Origin: Candidatus Bathyarchaeia archaeon
GTDB lineage: Archaea > Thermoproteota > Bathyarchaeia > Bathyarchaeales > Bathycorpusculaceae
Assembly: GCA_049512935.1 (NCBI GenBank)
Contig: JBEKWR010000002.1
Location: forward strand, 96,001-160,000
Direction: 5' to 3'
DNA length: 64,000 nucleotides
A program made the translations under genes and the position numbers. Below, piece after piece: positions 8,785-20,037 of the stretch (position 1 is the first letter of the stretch; every line of letters starts with the position of its first letter). The notes beneath the pieces were generated by a model that was given only the letters and a program-made list of their open reading frames with translations, was not told where the DNA came from and did not search any database.

Positions 8785-10836
8785 CTAACTGACTTCGATA
8801 GCCTTAACTAATGCATCTCGTGCATCAGAATAAAATTGGATAGCAATCTTGGTTGCCAACTCATCAGGCAAGTCAATAAGCTGGCGCCTGCTGGAAATGG
8901 GCATCAGTAAACTCGTTGCACCTTTTTCTACTGCTACTTCGGCCATAGAAACCGGATTATTGAGAGGTTCAATCGATCCGCCAAGAGCGATTTCTCCAAC
9001 AATAACTAGCCCGCCGCGAACGTTTCTCTTCAGTAGGGACGTACAGAGAGCAATTAACGTTGCCACTCCTAGCTTGGCACCTGATTTCGAAAGATCAAAA
9101 GCTCTTAGTTGGACGGTGAATTCGTGGTTTCTTGGGTCTTTATCGCCGACTAATTGGACCGATCGAGCGTAGAGGTTTTGTTCTGCATAGCTGACGCTTT
9201 CCCGGAATGCGGAAGGTGCGGGTTTGTTGAGGATCTTTACACCTGTTCCTGGTCCCTCATTTACCTCTATTCTGTATAGTCCGGGATGCTCGTCAGCTAC
9301 GTCGGGGTTTATGGTCCACACTTGCCCTGGCTCCAGAGGGTCTCCACCTATGCTGTTTTCGCTAAGAAGTTCAGGTGTTGAGACAAATTTTTCGATACCG
9401 TCTACTCCGAGAACGTAGCTAAAAGCGGTGTTTCTGAATTCTGCTGAGCCTATTCTCTTCTGCTGCTCCTTGACTCGGCGTCTAGACTCCATTGCTATTC
9501 TGATAGCCCACTCGAGTTCTTCATCGGGGATTTCTGAGTTAGGTTCTGGATAGAGTAATTTCAGTAATCCGCTGGCAGTTTTATTGACTGCGTTGACATC
9601 TCTGGGGCTCAGTGCTCCGCCATATAGTGCTCTGCCTTGGAGTTGAGGGAGTCTGCTTTGGTTTCGCAGCTCGCTCCAGCATTCAGAAAGGAAATCGCTT
9701 ACTAGCCCAAAGTGATTAGTAAGAAATTCTTTGCCGATTTTTGGCACGTCCCACCCCGGTACATAGGCATGAATGCGATCCATAAATGCGGTATCGTTCC
9801 TAATTTCCTCGGGCATAGGACCAAAAAGATGCCCTATTCTTTGCTGATGCTCGACGTCGACCTCGAAATTGCCTACTAGAACTATGCTTCCTGCGGCGCG
9901 TATGTTTTCTTTTCCTCTACTGAACTCGCCTGATTCCATGTAGCCTTTCATTATGTTTACGCCGTCTTTTTGGTCAAAAGAGATGCCTGATATTTCGTCG
10001 AAGCAGACGACGTCGTATTGGCAGACGAGTCCTCTTTGACCGGTTGAGTTATTAACGAACATTTTGGCCACGGTGGCTTTCCCGCCTGAGATTAAGTGGG
10101 CGTACGGTGAGATTTGTTGGAAGAGGTGACTTTTACCGGTGCCTCTTGGTCCCAATTCTACTTGATTGTAGTTTCTTTCTACGAAGGGCACCATTCTTAG
10201 AAGTAATGCGTTTTTTGCTCTTTCCTGTAGTGTTGCTGATTCGATTCCTATGCTACGGAGCAAAAAGGCTTTCCACTCTTCTGTTGAGAAATTCTTTCTG
10301 GCTTTTGCTAATATGTCAAGTATATCATGTTTTGATAACTGAATCTCCCTAAGATTTGTTACTCCGAAAGGTCTACCTTTGTTTTCTTCAGTGATTGTTG
10401 GATCATAGGTTAATGTGATTTCAGCGTAGAAACCTCCAGTAAGCATTCGCTCGTGTTGTCTTACCATTTCATCTGGAATCCGAGCGTCTGTTAATTGGAG
10501 GCTTGGCAGGGTTGCTACGTATGAATCGGTTTTGGCATCCAGCCTTGCCGTGATAAGGTCGATAAGTTTTACTTCGCCGTTTTCTCTGGCTCTTGACTTG
10601 AATAATTCCTCTTCCCCGGCTTTGACTGTTCGGGATTCTAGCTGACGTTGGACGATCTCTAAGCCTTCGTCGATTTCTTTTTGGTTTATGCTTGCGCAAT
10701 AGCGTCCTAAGAGGAATTCCACTACGTATGTTGGGACGGGGAATTGGCGGCTAAAAGTGCGAACAAGGTCTTTTCTAACAATGTACCCATCGAGCGAAGA
10801 TGCGGCTAACTTGTCTATTTGGTCTAATTCGGTCAT
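8785..10836 (-). CDS. brxL: BREX Lon-like protease/ATPase
   Basis: VPTYVVEFLLGRYC, ELGPRGTGKS, VCFDEI, AFMDRIH, C-terminal Lon-like domain; last gene of the BREX operon. Confidence 0.93.
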   Translation of the reverse strand: MTELDQIDKLAASSLDGYIVRKDLVRTFSRQFPVPTYVVEFLLGRYCASINQKEIDEGLEIVQRQLESRTVKAGEEELFKSRARENGEVKLIDLITARLDAKTDSYVATLPSLQLTDARIPDEMVRQHERMLTGGFYAEITLTYDPTITEENKGRPFGVTNLREIQLSKHDILDILAKARKNFSTEEWKAFLLRSIGIESATLQERAKNALLLRMVPFVERNYNQVELGPRGTGKSHLFQQISPYAHLISGGKATVAKMFVNNSTGQRGLVCQYDVVCFDEISGISFDQKDGVNIMKGYMESGEFSRGKENIRAAGSIVLVGNFEVDVEHQQRIGHLFGPMPEEIRNDTAFMDRIHAYVPGWDVPKIGKEFLTNHFGLVSDFLSECWSELRNQSRLPQLQGRALYGGALSPRDVNAVNKTASGLLKLLYPEPNSEIPDEELEWAIRIAMESRRRVKEQQKRIGSAEFRNTAFSYVLGVDGIEKFVSTPELLSENSIGGDPLEPGQVWTINPDVADEHPGLYRIEVNEGPGTGVKILNKPAPSAFRESVSYAEQNLYARSVQLVGDKDPRNHEFTVQLRAFDLSKSGAKLGVATLIALCTSLLKRNVRGGLVIVGEIALGGSIEPLNNPVSMAEVAVEKGATSLLMPISSRRQLIDLPDELATKIAIQFYSDARDALVKAIEVS

Positions 10837-13184
10837 CTATTTTCTTCCCCGCCAACGAAAGTATCTATTTGGGCTACGAGTTCCCCTTTTTGATTGATAA
10901 GTACTATGGTGGAATTGGAACCTTCTAAGTCTTCGTTTTCCACCACGACTGATGCTGTTCCGTTTTCCTTGAGGGGTTGAGTGCGAACCACAATGCTTGA
11001 TGTTGAGTCACCGGGCTGCGTTCGTATGTCTAAAGAGAGTCCTTCATAGACGCTGTCGGTTGCGATTGTGCATCGCAAACCCTTCCATGCTATATCGGTT
11101 ATTTCAGGCGCAATGTGGAAAGTATGCGATTCGCTAGGGGAGACTTCGAGTTCCATGATTACGCATTCCTGTAGGCTGATTCCGCCGTGGTCGTATTCTG
11201 TTCCGTTACGAAAGCAGCTGATGCCATTGGCTAGGGCAAAGTGTTGGTTAGGATTCCAGTACCATGGATACAACTGTCCATCTGTTACTGCGCCAGGTTT
11301 TATGGCGGCGCAGCGGCCCCATTTAGTTGCAGTTTGAGCGCTTGGCAACTCAATTTTTGGTAGATCACCTGGCATGAGGAGCCAACCGTGATCTGTAACT
11401 ATTTTGACTTTTTTCCATCCAGAATTTAATAATGTGATTACTTGGTCACTTATGTCGGCCAATATTGCGTCAATTTGTTTAACTATTTTCCATCCTCTTT
11501 CATGTCCCGCACGGTCGATGTCTCCAAATTCGATCCATCCATTACCGTTGACATCGCCGCTTTGGTTGACGTCGAGAATTTGCCATCCAGCTTCAATCAA
11601 TAATTTTTTGAGATAGTATGCATTGAGAGGTTGACCGGTATCTGCAACTGATGGTTCAAACGAATTCGCAGCATCCTTTCCAACAATTCTGTTTTTAATT
11701 GGAGAAACAGCAGGTTTGCCTGTTGAGGTAACGGTTGGAAGTGGAGCCCAAGCAGGCTTTTCTTTAATTTGGTAGCCACACACTTTTAGCAAGCCAGCGA
11801 GCCTTTTTGCCGCATCAAACCGTAAGCCATCTACAAAGAGTATACAGTCCCCGTTTTTATGGTCGCCGTCTTTCTTTTTGTCTGAACGTTGAAGTGGGTA
11901 ACCATTTTCGTCTATCACTTTTTGAAGGTATCTTGCTGATTCTTCAGCCCAGGGAACGTAGATGGCTCTTATTGATTTGGTTATCACCTCAATATCTTGC
12001 TGTTTCTCTACATAGGCCAACGCTCGTAGCACAGCATCATCTGCTTGCCAACCTGTGCTTTGGTATTCTTTCATGAGATCGTCTGCGGAACCCATCACCA
12101 GTCTCTTAGCTGTTGTCTCTGCGAGAATAGCCAGGTGTTCCAGTGATTGAGCAAGTGGGGCTTCGCATAACTCTGCCCATATTAGGTTTCGTCTTGACCG
12201 GTGTTCTTTTTCAAGTTCCAGGATTTTTTCCCTTGCCTTTAAGGGCGGGTTGTTGTCAATATCGCTCAAGCTTTTTCGGAGATTGTTTTCTTGTGCGTCG
12301 TTCCATTGAGGCCATCTATTGTACGTTGTCTTTCCTGGGCTATACCAATCCATGCTTGCTGGCGGCTTGCAGTTCCTAACCCTTTTTGGTATATTGGGGT
12401 AACGTTTTGGGGCTTCGCAGAATCTGTCCCATACAGGTTGCCATTGGCTGTCTCGAGATGCCAGCTTTTTAGCGCCTGAAAGTGGGCCATCTTTGTCGGG
12501 ATTAAAAGTTAGCTTTGATTCGCACATTTCGACAAATGCTTGCCATCTTTTCTCGCCCAAGTTTGTCTTGAAGGAGTCGCCTTGATCAAGCCACTGCAGA
12601 ACAAGCCGTACGTAATCCCCAGCGTAAATCGAGTTGAAAAAATCTTTATCAAGTCTTTCTCCCTTGAGCGCTTCTATATCCATGTCTAAGAGTGGATCGA
12701 GTGCTCGAAGCATGGCGTTCTTGGTGTCATTGTCTTGAGCTACATCTAATCCCAAGCCGCCTTGATCTGATTTGAGAAATGCTAGTACTGTCCAGTCTTT
12801 GGAGTTAATTTGTGACCACACAACGCTTCGATATTGGAGTTCTGCAAGAGGCCTTAGCGCTTCTTTGATTTTGTCGGCTCTAAGATCTTGACGCCCTGTT
12901 CCAGGTAAATAAATAATGGGAATTCTATCTGTGGGAAGTTGAATTTCATCTGCTTTCCCAGCAATAGCACAGCGTAGCCAGATTGCAGGTCCCGTACGTT
13001 TCTCAGGACAGTATTCTCCAAAAACCAGTAATTCAGGCAGCTTGGTCAGAAAAGCTTGAGTTGCATCTTTCCATTGGTTTTCGCTGTCAAGCCATAAGAC
13101 GCAGGCTGGAACAGTTTGTATATCTGGGTTGTAGTTTGTTGCCGTAGCGTGAATTTTATTTATGAGATAGTCAATAACCTGCAT
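10833..13184 (-). CDS. pglZ: BREX PglZ phosphoesterase (type B-like)
   Basis: LFVDGLRFD, PTVTST, DIDRAGH, IVTDHGW, HGGISLQE alkaline-phosphatase-fold motifs. Confidence 0.93.
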   Translation of the reverse strand: MQVIDYLINKIHATATNYNPDIQTVPACVLWLDSENQWKDATQAFLTKLPELLVFGEYCPEKRTGPAIWLRCAIAGKADEIQLPTDRIPIIYLPGTGRQDLRADKIKEALRPLAELQYRSVVWSQINSKDWTVLAFLKSDQGGLGLDVAQDNDTKNAMLRALDPLLDMDIEALKGERLDKDFFNSIYAGDYVRLVLQWLDQGDSFKTNLGEKRWQAFVEMCESKLTFNPDKDGPLSGAKKLASRDSQWQPVWDRFCEAPKRYPNIPKRVRNCKPPASMDWYSPGKTTYNRWPQWNDAQENNLRKSLSDIDNNPPLKAREKILELEKEHRSRRNLIWAELCEAPLAQSLEHLAILAETTAKRLVMGSADDLMKEYQSTGWQADDAVLRALAYVEKQQDIEVITKSIRAIYVPWAEESARYLQKVIDENGYPLQRSDKKKDGDHKNGDCILFVDGLRFDAAKRLAGLLKVCGYQIKEKPAWAPLPTVTSTGKPAVSPIKNRIVGKDAANSFEPSVADTGQPLNAYYLKKLLIEAGWQILDVNQSGDVNGNGWIEFGDIDRAGHERGWKIVKQIDAILADISDQVITLLNSGWKKVKIVTDHGWLLMPGDLPKIELPSAQTATKWGRCAAIKPGAVTDGQLYPWYWNPNQHFALANGISCFRNGTEYDHGGISLQECVIMELEVSPSESHTFHIAPEITDIAWKGLRCTIATDSVYEGLSLDIRTQPGDSTSSIVVRTQPLKENGTASVVVENEDLEGSNSTIVLINQKGELVAQIDTFVGGEENR

Positions 13185-13213
13185 TTATGTTACCCTAAGC
13201 TTGATTTATCCTT

Positions 13214-16200
13214 TTACTGGATGACAATTGGTCCTTTATTTAGTGCTGCCTTAAGTTTTTCTCTGACTTCTTCAAGCCATGACTCGATGTCTTCTTCAGT
13301 CTTGAGGGTTCTTCGCGGGATTTTTACGATTTGCGTTTTAGGTTCAAGCTCTTTGGCGGCCAATTCTCGGGCACGTTCGAAGCGTCCTGCAAGTGCATCT
13401 ATTCGGTCGTTCCATGAGTGGAGAGGATGCTGTTTGAGTTCTTCTATTACGTCTTCTCGTGTTCCGATTGTTATTTCGTCTATTTCTGCTATGTTGGATT
13501 TTTCTTTTATTTCCTCTTGTGACGTCTGAGTTAGTTCCTTCCATGATGAGTCTCGTTCTAGCAATTGGTTTTGATTAGTGAATTCGATTGTGTAGCGTTT
13601 GTTGTATTGAGTGATTTCTTTTCTTAATGCATCTTCTAATGGTCGGATTAGCGGCGAAATTAGGTCGGGTTCTGCAAGTAATAGCCGGTGTTCTTCAATG
13701 GCTGTTGCTTGTTGCTTTGTTGCCTCGGATTCTTTTATGTCGTCGGTATATTGGAGTAACTCCTTGAGGCTTAGCCATGATTCCCACCGTTTTTGTATAT
13801 TGGCGGCAAGTGCTGTCCACTCGTCGAATTTTTTTGTTAATTCTTCACTGCGGTTATAGATAGCCAGAAGTTGCTCATTGCCTGCGGTCCGTCGAATTTC
13901 ATCTATTATTAATTTGTCTGGTTGTGCTGGTTTTGGGGGGTCTCCGCCTGCGTTTGTTGCTAGTTCTTCCATTTTCTCGATGAAGCTTTCGGTATTTGCT
14001 AGCTCTTCGCCAGGTTTTGTTGCGATGCCCGCATGTTGAAGTAGTTTGCGAATTTGGAGTCGTTGGTCTGTTGTTACTAAGATCGATTCTATTTTGAATG
14101 TTGCCTTGCCGATTGCTTTTCGTTCCAGGTCTTTGGGGTCTACTATTTGCCAACGTTCATCTTGGGCCAGAATTAAATTGCATATGAGGAGCACTTGGAT
14201 TCCGCCATCCACTGCATCTCTGGACCAACCGTACGGCGGGTCTTCGAAGTAGGTACGTATCTCTGTTCCCTTTTTACCCCCTGCAATGTACCCTAAAATA
14301 GCTTTGCAAACAGGATTCTTTGCGGGTTCGCCGTCAAAGTGTACAGTTTTAAGTGCATCTGGTGAACCTTGTTTGGCTTTGATATAGACGGCTCCCCATC
14401 CAGCGTCATCAGCAGTATCAAATTGGGGATAGAGCCTTTGGAATGATTTCTCAGATGCGTCTAAAATCATTTCTTGCAGATTGCTTCCAGGAATTTCGTT
14501 TCCGCCGCCTTGGTAGACTCTGGCTCCAGAGAAGACGTCGTCTAGCAGCTCCTCTATTTTGCTGTCGGCAGTTCTACGTATAGTTTCTATTGCAGCGTAA
14601 GCTTCTTTGCCTTCAGGATTGTCGGGCAATCCTTTTTTTTCTATTGTGGCGTTAGCAGCTTTGTAGTCAATTATGTTTTGGCGTAAATCATCCGCTGAGC
14701 GTTTGGGAATAAAGATGAAGATAGTTGGCGATTGATCCCTTGCTTGTCTTGCGTCTGCAAGAACTGATGCGTCATCTATGCTCCAACCATCCCGTATCCA
14801 GACGTAGACTTTTTTATCACTGTCTGTAGGAAGTTGGGGGTCAAACGTAGGGTGGATTTCTCGTGGGACGTTGGAGTTGCCTTGGTTAATTTGAAGTGTT
14901 TTTACTAGTTTAGAGAAGTGACTGCGGATGCGATCATCTCGTTCTGATTCGATGCGGTGGGAACTTTCGTTTATGAGCGCGGCGCGTTGATTTTGGAATT
15001 CGTTCGACCATTCAGCGCTTTGGGCAGTTTGGATGCGGTATTCGTCGCGTACCTTGATTATAAGTTCCTTGCAACCATCTAACAATCCAGGAAGTTTGTT
15101 TCGTAGAGAGCTGCTTCCTTCATTTAAGTCCTCTACCATTAAATCAGCAATTGTATCTACGTTTGCTTTGATGCCTATTTCGCGATTGCTAGATTCAAGC
15201 TTGTTAATGAGAAAGATAAGACCGCATGCACGTGCTAGAAGACGTTTATCTTCTGAGGGATCATTTTTCCAGCTCTTTGTTTTCTCATAAACGTTCCTTG
15301 GCAGTACACGGAATTGTTGCATCTTATCTGCGGAGTCAAAATAGAGGTAATCCGCCGGAATTACGTTACCTATTTCCTTGGTTATGTTGCTTTGGATGGC
15401 TTTGTGAACCATGCTTAATTGGTTTCGGAGTTGACTGGCAGTTGGATCTAGAACATTGAAGATGCTTTCCCAGAAGCGGCGTCTAACAGGCAAGATTGGG
15501 TAGTCTTGGACAAAATAGTTGAAATCCTCTTGTTTGTGGGCAAGAGTTGTCCCTGAGAGGTGACGAGAAATTTCTCCTATGTTGGTTTGCATTATCTTTT
15601 TGAGGGGATCAATGGCGCTCGGTTTTTTAGCTAAAATTACTTTGCGAATAACTGCATCTACGTCTGTATCAGATAATTCCACTCTGACGGTGAATCGTCC
15701 TTCGAGTTTTCTTAGGTTTGATGTCCCTGTGATGGCTGTTTGCCCCGTGCCTAAGAAAAGCAGCTTTCCTCCAAAGCTCTCGCTGCATGCCTCCACAACT
15801 TCTTGAACATCCAAAGACCGTTGTGTGTCTGAACCGATAAACTGTTGGATCTCGTCTAAGGCAACTAGGGTTAGTGGAAACTTGCCGTCTTTATTTAATG
15901 CCTGACGAATTGCTTTTACCATTTCCTCGCTGGAAACGTCTTGCACATTGGGGTAGAAATTCTTAAGAATTTCAGCACAGGCGGATTGTGTAGGAAATAT
16001 ATTAGGTTTAGCCTTTACAAGTGCCTTGTGAAGTTCTTCGGCGACGTAGAAATTTGCAAGCTCTTCTTCCCAGTTAAGGCCACTTTGTTCAACAGTATGG
16101 CGGACTGTTTCGTAAATTCCTTCGTGTTGGAGCCACATTACAAAGCGGGCAAAGGGATATTTTTCAGGAAGGTTAATCGATTCAAATATAATACTCAGGA

Positions 16201-16636
16201 GGGCTAAACGTACGCTTCCGCTGGGGCTTGCTTCTAGTGTTCCCGATGCCGCGTGGAGTCCACCGTATCGCTTTGCTTGGGTACTAAGTTCTTTTAAAAG
16301 GGTAATAATATTGGTTGGAAGTTGCGCTATGCCACGTGCTGTTGCTCCGTCATCAAAATGCGTATCTACCCACAGGGCTCGAAGCATTTTGACCATGTGT
16401 GATTTGCCTGAGCCGAAAAAGCCGCTTATCCAGACGCCGGGCTGCTTTGGTTGTTCTATATTGTTGAGAAATGTCTCAAGGATGTGTTCCAGCCCTCTGG
16501 CATATTCTCCCTCGCAAACGAAGGTTTCAAGTTCATTTCTGAGTATCGAATTTGCTTGGTCGTTGACATGTGCCACTCCATCGTTGGCGAGTTTATGAAG
16601 GGTTGGATCCCTTAGGTATATTTCTTGGTTTATCAT
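13214..16636 (-). CDS. brxC: BREX P-loop ATPase
   Basis: ELETFVCEGEY, WISGFFGSGKSH, LDEIQQFIG, PPYGWSRD; 1140 aa. Confidence 0.93.
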   Translation of the reverse strand: MINQEIYLRDPTLHKLANDGVAHVNDQANSILRNELETFVCEGEYARGLEHILETFLNNIEQPKQPGVWISGFFGSGKSHMVKMLRALWVDTHFDDGATARGIAQLPTNIITLLKELSTQAKRYGGLHAASGTLEASPSGSVRLALLSIIFESINLPEKYPFARFVMWLQHEGIYETVRHTVEQSGLNWEEELANFYVAEELHKALVKAKPNIFPTQSACAEILKNFYPNVQDVSSEEMVKAIRQALNKDGKFPLTLVALDEIQQFIGSDTQRSLDVQEVVEACSESFGGKLLFLGTGQTAITGTSNLRKLEGRFTVRVELSDTDVDAVIRKVILAKKPSAIDPLKKIMQTNIGEISRHLSGTTLAHKQEDFNYFVQDYPILPVRRRFWESIFNVLDPTASQLRNQLSMVHKAIQSNITKEIGNVIPADYLYFDSADKMQQFRVLPRNVYEKTKSWKNDPSEDKRLLARACGLIFLINKLESSNREIGIKANVDTIADLMVEDLNEGSSSLRNKLPGLLDGCKELIIKVRDEYRIQTAQSAEWSNEFQNQRAALINESSHRIESERDDRIRSHFSKLVKTLQINQGNSNVPREIHPTFDPQLPTDSDKKVYVWIRDGWSIDDASVLADARQARDQSPTIFIFIPKRSADDLRQNIIDYKAANATIEKKGLPDNPEGKEAYAAIETIRRTADSKIEELLDDVFSGARVYQGGGNEIPGSNLQEMILDASEKSFQRLYPQFDTADDAGWGAVYIKAKQGSPDALKTVHFDGEPAKNPVCKAILGYIAGGKKGTEIRTYFEDPPYGWSRDAVDGGIQVLLICNLILAQDERWQIVDPKDLERKAIGKATFKIESILVTTDQRLQIRKLLQHAGIATKPGEELANTESFIEKMEELATNAGGDPPKPAQPDKLIIDEIRRTAGNEQLLAIYNRSEELTKKFDEWTALAANIQKRWESWLSLKELLQYTDDIKESEATKQQATAIEEHRLLLAEPDLISPLIRPLEDALRKEITQYNKRYTIEFTNQNQLLERDSSWKELTQTSQEEIKEKSNIAEIDEITIGTREDVIEELKQHPLHSWNDRIDALAGRFERARELAAKELEPKTQIVKIPRRTLKTEEDIESWLEEVREKLKAALNKGPIVIQ

Positions 16637-19600
16637 TTTTGAATCCTCGAGTTACTTTGAATCATTTTCTCCTCTGCTGTACGTTTCTCAGATAGGCTTA
16701 GATGGTGGTCATTTATGCGGTCACCCGCATGTCCACCATACGATGGACCTAGTTTAAACCATGGTGCGGATTCTACATCTCTACCCCTATCTTTATCCCA
16801 AGTAATATTAGGTTTATTACGTAGCACGCCTGCGCCTTTCTTTCCGTCTGGCATAGTCACGAACGGTCGAATGTTTACTCTTACACCGTCGTTTAAGTCA
16901 GGAGTCCAGCCGATAGGTTGCTGTTCAATGGGTTTCCACCGCACAAAAATGTCGTAAGGCTTTTCGCCTTTAAGAATAAGTTCCAAGCGTTTCTTCAGCC
17001 CTTCGGCGGCGTCTAATTTTGTTTCCGCTCCATCTACACCGCGAGCCTTCTCTTGTCTCTGTTGGCTAATCCAGTCGCCCAAGTAATTATAGATTAAAGT
17101 TTCCAACAGCTTGTAGTCCAATTTGTGATAGTTCACAAGAGCCGCAAAGCCATCATTTAGGCCATCCCAAACATGCCAGATGAACGGTCGATCATGGAAT
17201 AGCCTACAATGTTGAATGAAGAACTTGTCTCTTAACCAAGATTCTAATGTCTTACCCGTATGGTCCGCTTGAGCTAGCAACTCCGCTTTTTTGGCTGGTG
17301 ACCACTCAGCACCAAAAGCAGCTGCGAGAAGGTTTTCCAAACGATCTTCAGCTTTCTGTTCTCCCCTTATGGATGGAATACACACAACACCGTTCACATC
17401 AGCAAAGGACAGCAAGGCATTTGTCTTCTTTAACCATGAGTTCGTTTCGCTCGAAAGCTCCATTTTGCAATTAAGTTCGCCAGGCCATCGATAACCTAGC
17501 AGGCGAGCTATTGCAATATGTAAATGATGTTGCCCTTTAGCTGGATTTCCGTGGAAGACCCATTGAGTTGGATCTTCAGAATATGGTTTAGGCAATCCCA
17601 TCGGATATTTTTCCTTAGCGATTGCTCTCCAGCATTCTATATCAAATGGTATTAACTTTAAGTATTCATTATCAACGCTCAGTTTTTGATTCACTTTTCG
17701 TACATCCTGTTCAAAACTACCGCTCGAACAGTAACTCCAAATCGATTCTAAATCTTCGGGATTATTTGGGATTAGGATTGCCGCATTATCGTCAAACAAC
17801 TCTCCTGTATAAATTGTTGCAGATAAGCCAGCGACCCGACTGACAGAAACGCCTCTTTTACCCCAAGCGGTATTTCCTCTAATCCATGCGCTGATGTTGC
17901 CGTCTAGCCTTTCCTTAACATATTTTACGAATTCGCCCGCACCATCTTGCCAAAAAAGAATGCCTTCCATACCAGAAAACATGTTCGTTTCACTAACAGA
18001 AGTACGAAAATTAACCCAGCCATTGGCAAGCTTTGGCTGTTCCCAGAAGTATTGGATGAATCGGGCTGAATCTCCAGTACAAACGCCTTTACTCGTTGTC
18101 AGATAATTGCTCAGCAATTTGCCAGCGCTTAATTCTATACGAGAAATGATGCTTTTAGGATTATGCAACTGTTTTAATTGTGAGAGCGTAAGTATTGAAG
18201 CATCCGCTAGTCTTGATGCTTTCAACTTTGAACCGGTTAATGTAGATACATCAATTCCTGTAAAGCTTGTATTGCTTTGTGGTGGCGATTTCCCGATCAC
18301 TAGAAGTATAGCCTTCACAACTTCGCCGGATATTGAATCAAAAGCACCAGGACCTAGCCACGTAATTGATTTCCAAGTATTTCTTGACAGTAGGCGTTCT
18401 CGAAGCTTTGTGTAGCTTGACAGAAACAACCAATTTTGAGGAAGAACGATGCTTACATTCCCATCATGAGAACAATAATCAAGACATCGAGCAAGAAATA
18501 CGGTCGCTAGGTCATTGTCAGCATAGTCGTAGTTTTTCCTTCCATACTCCAGAAGCTTCTCAGATTGCTTGCCCGCTCCGAGATATGGCACGTTTGTAAT
18601 TATCCACTGATATTTCATGGCAAGTAGTTGAAAGGCTTTCTCCATCCCGTAGACATTTATGCCAATGTTGTTTTCGTAATTCTTTTGCTCATCAAGCTTT
18701 GTTTTAATAATTTTTACGATTTTTTCCCAATCATTGGCAAATAGACTACCTTTTTCAAAAGATATCATAGGATTGAGTAAGCTACCCAATATTGGCGCGT
18801 CTTTAAACAAGGAATAAAGCCTGTCTAAATGTGATCTTAAGTCAGGGTCATCTTCGGCTAGGGTCAACCATTCTTCTCTTTTAATGTTGACTGATTGACC
18901 GCACCATGCAATCTGCAACTCAGGTAACTCTCTGTAACCACCTGCATCTGGATATTTCCATGCCGTTAGTGCCAAAGCAAAGGCAGAAAGCTCAACGCAA
19001 CGCTGATCTATTTCTAGCCCATACAAATTCTCTTGCAAGACTGCATCACAGGCTTTTCTGGCAGAAAGCCCTTCAAGTTCCATTCGCATAGGAACAAGCA
19101 TTAGAAGCGCGGATACTAAAAAGTGACCTGATCCACAGCACGGATCAAGAGCTTTAAGTTCGCTCAAGAGTTTAGGCCATTCGTCAAAAGTTCCAGCCGT
19201 AGGCGCCCATAACCCGTCTTTTTTTACAAAACGCAAATATTCTAAGGGAACGCCTGGCAATGAGGCCTTAAGCCTCAGCTCTTCTTCACTTTTTGCGGCT
19301 GTCAAGTCGTCCTTTCTTAGCCTGTGAAATGCCCACCAGGCACCCAGAGCATTATCCAGCAAATAATTTACCATGTAGGGTTCAGTGAAGAGTTGAGTTA
19401 CTGCAGGCAACTCACGAGAACCGATTTTCAACTCTGATGCGTTCACTTCATCTTTTTGCTTGGCTTGCCAAAACTGGTATACCCAACCAAGAGAATCAGA
19501 CGCAGTGAAAACCTCAACAGGCAACGCATCTAGCAGTTGCTCTAACTCTTGCTGACGCTCAGGAGGTAAGGATAATTGAAATACAGGTGAATTATGCCTA

Positions 19601-20037
19601 AATATCTGTGGAAGCATCCGTGCTGCATAGCGGGCTGCGAGTTCCCAGCCGTTCTTTGCTCCTTCTTTGGCTGCCAGGTCCTCGCATTCTTCAAGTGTTA
19701 TGGGAACCGGATTGGCTGGGTCAGGATACATCAGGAGATTATTTTCGGCTAGAAATCGGGCAAAAAGCATTCGGTGCCAGTGCTCATAAGCGACTTCCTC
19801 GATAAGTCGTTCCATTGTCTGAGTTTTTTCGCCGTTAAGCGAATCGCCCAATTGGCGACCGTGAACTCTAAGTTTGCGTCTTAACTCACGCTCTTCTTCT
19901 GTTAGGTGGGGGAAAGGGTTGGCTTCTCCAACACCTAACTGCTCTAACTTGTCTTTAGCGGCTTTTTCAGCGACTCCTCGTGCTTCTCGCACGGTTCTTT
20001 CAAGCTGATTCCTCAATGCTTTATCTAACGGTTTCAT
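16633..20037 (-). CDS. pglX: BREX N6-adenine DNA methyltransferase
   Basis: PAVTQLFTEPYMV, SAM motif LDPCCGSGHF, catalytic TNVPY, C-terminal PDLNDGVRVNI. Confidence 0.92.
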   Translation of the reverse strand: MKPLDKALRNQLERTVREARGVAEKAAKDKLEQLGVGEANPFPHLTEEERELRRKLRVHGRQLGDSLNGEKTQTMERLIEEVAYEHWHRMLFARFLAENNLLMYPDPANPVPITLEECEDLAAKEGAKNGWELAARYAARMLPQIFRHNSPVFQLSLPPERQQELEQLLDALPVEVFTASDSLGWVYQFWQAKQKDEVNASELKIGSRELPAVTQLFTEPYMVNYLLDNALGAWWAFHRLRKDDLTAAKSEEELRLKASLPGVPLEYLRFVKKDGLWAPTAGTFDEWPKLLSELKALDPCCGSGHFLVSALLMLVPMRMELEGLSARKACDAVLQENLYGLEIDQRCVELSAFALALTAWKYPDAGGYRELPELQIAWCGQSVNIKREEWLTLAEDDPDLRSHLDRLYSLFKDAPILGSLLNPMISFEKGSLFANDWEKIVKIIKTKLDEQKNYENNIGINVYGMEKAFQLLAMKYQWIITNVPYLGAGKQSEKLLEYGRKNYDYADNDLATVFLARCLDYCSHDGNVSIVLPQNWLFLSSYTKLRERLLSRNTWKSITWLGPGAFDSISGEVVKAILLVIGKSPPQSNTSFTGIDVSTLTGSKLKASRLADASILTLSQLKQLHNPKSIISRIELSAGKLLSNYLTTSKGVCTGDSARFIQYFWEQPKLANGWVNFRTSVSETNMFSGMEGILFWQDGAGEFVKYVKERLDGNISAWIRGNTAWGKRGVSVSRVAGLSATIYTGELFDDNAAILIPNNPEDLESIWSYCSSGSFEQDVRKVNQKLSVDNEYLKLIPFDIECWRAIAKEKYPMGLPKPYSEDPTQWVFHGNPAKGQHHLHIAIARLLGYRWPGELNCKMELSSETNSWLKKTNALLSFADVNGVVCIPSIRGEQKAEDRLENLLAAAFGAEWSPAKKAELLAQADHTGKTLESWLRDKFFIQHCRLFHDRPFIWHVWDGLNDGFAALVNYHKLDYKLLETLIYNYLGDWISQQRQEKARGVDGAETKLDAAEGLKKRLELILKGEKPYDIFVRWKPIEQQPIGWTPDLNDGVRVNIRPFVTMPDGKKGAGVLRNKPNITWDKDRGRDVESAPWFKLGPSYGGHAGDRINDHHLSLSEKRTAEEKMIQSNSRIQK

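Noticed and set aside
14632-14640. Homopolymer in brxC as phase-variation tract
   Set aside because: Short A-run encoding Glu-Lys-Lys, in frame, unremarkable for this composition
3711-20037. Inteins or frameshifts in helicase and BREX genes
   Set aside because: Lengths fit the families and no intein junction or LAGLIDADG motifs were noticed
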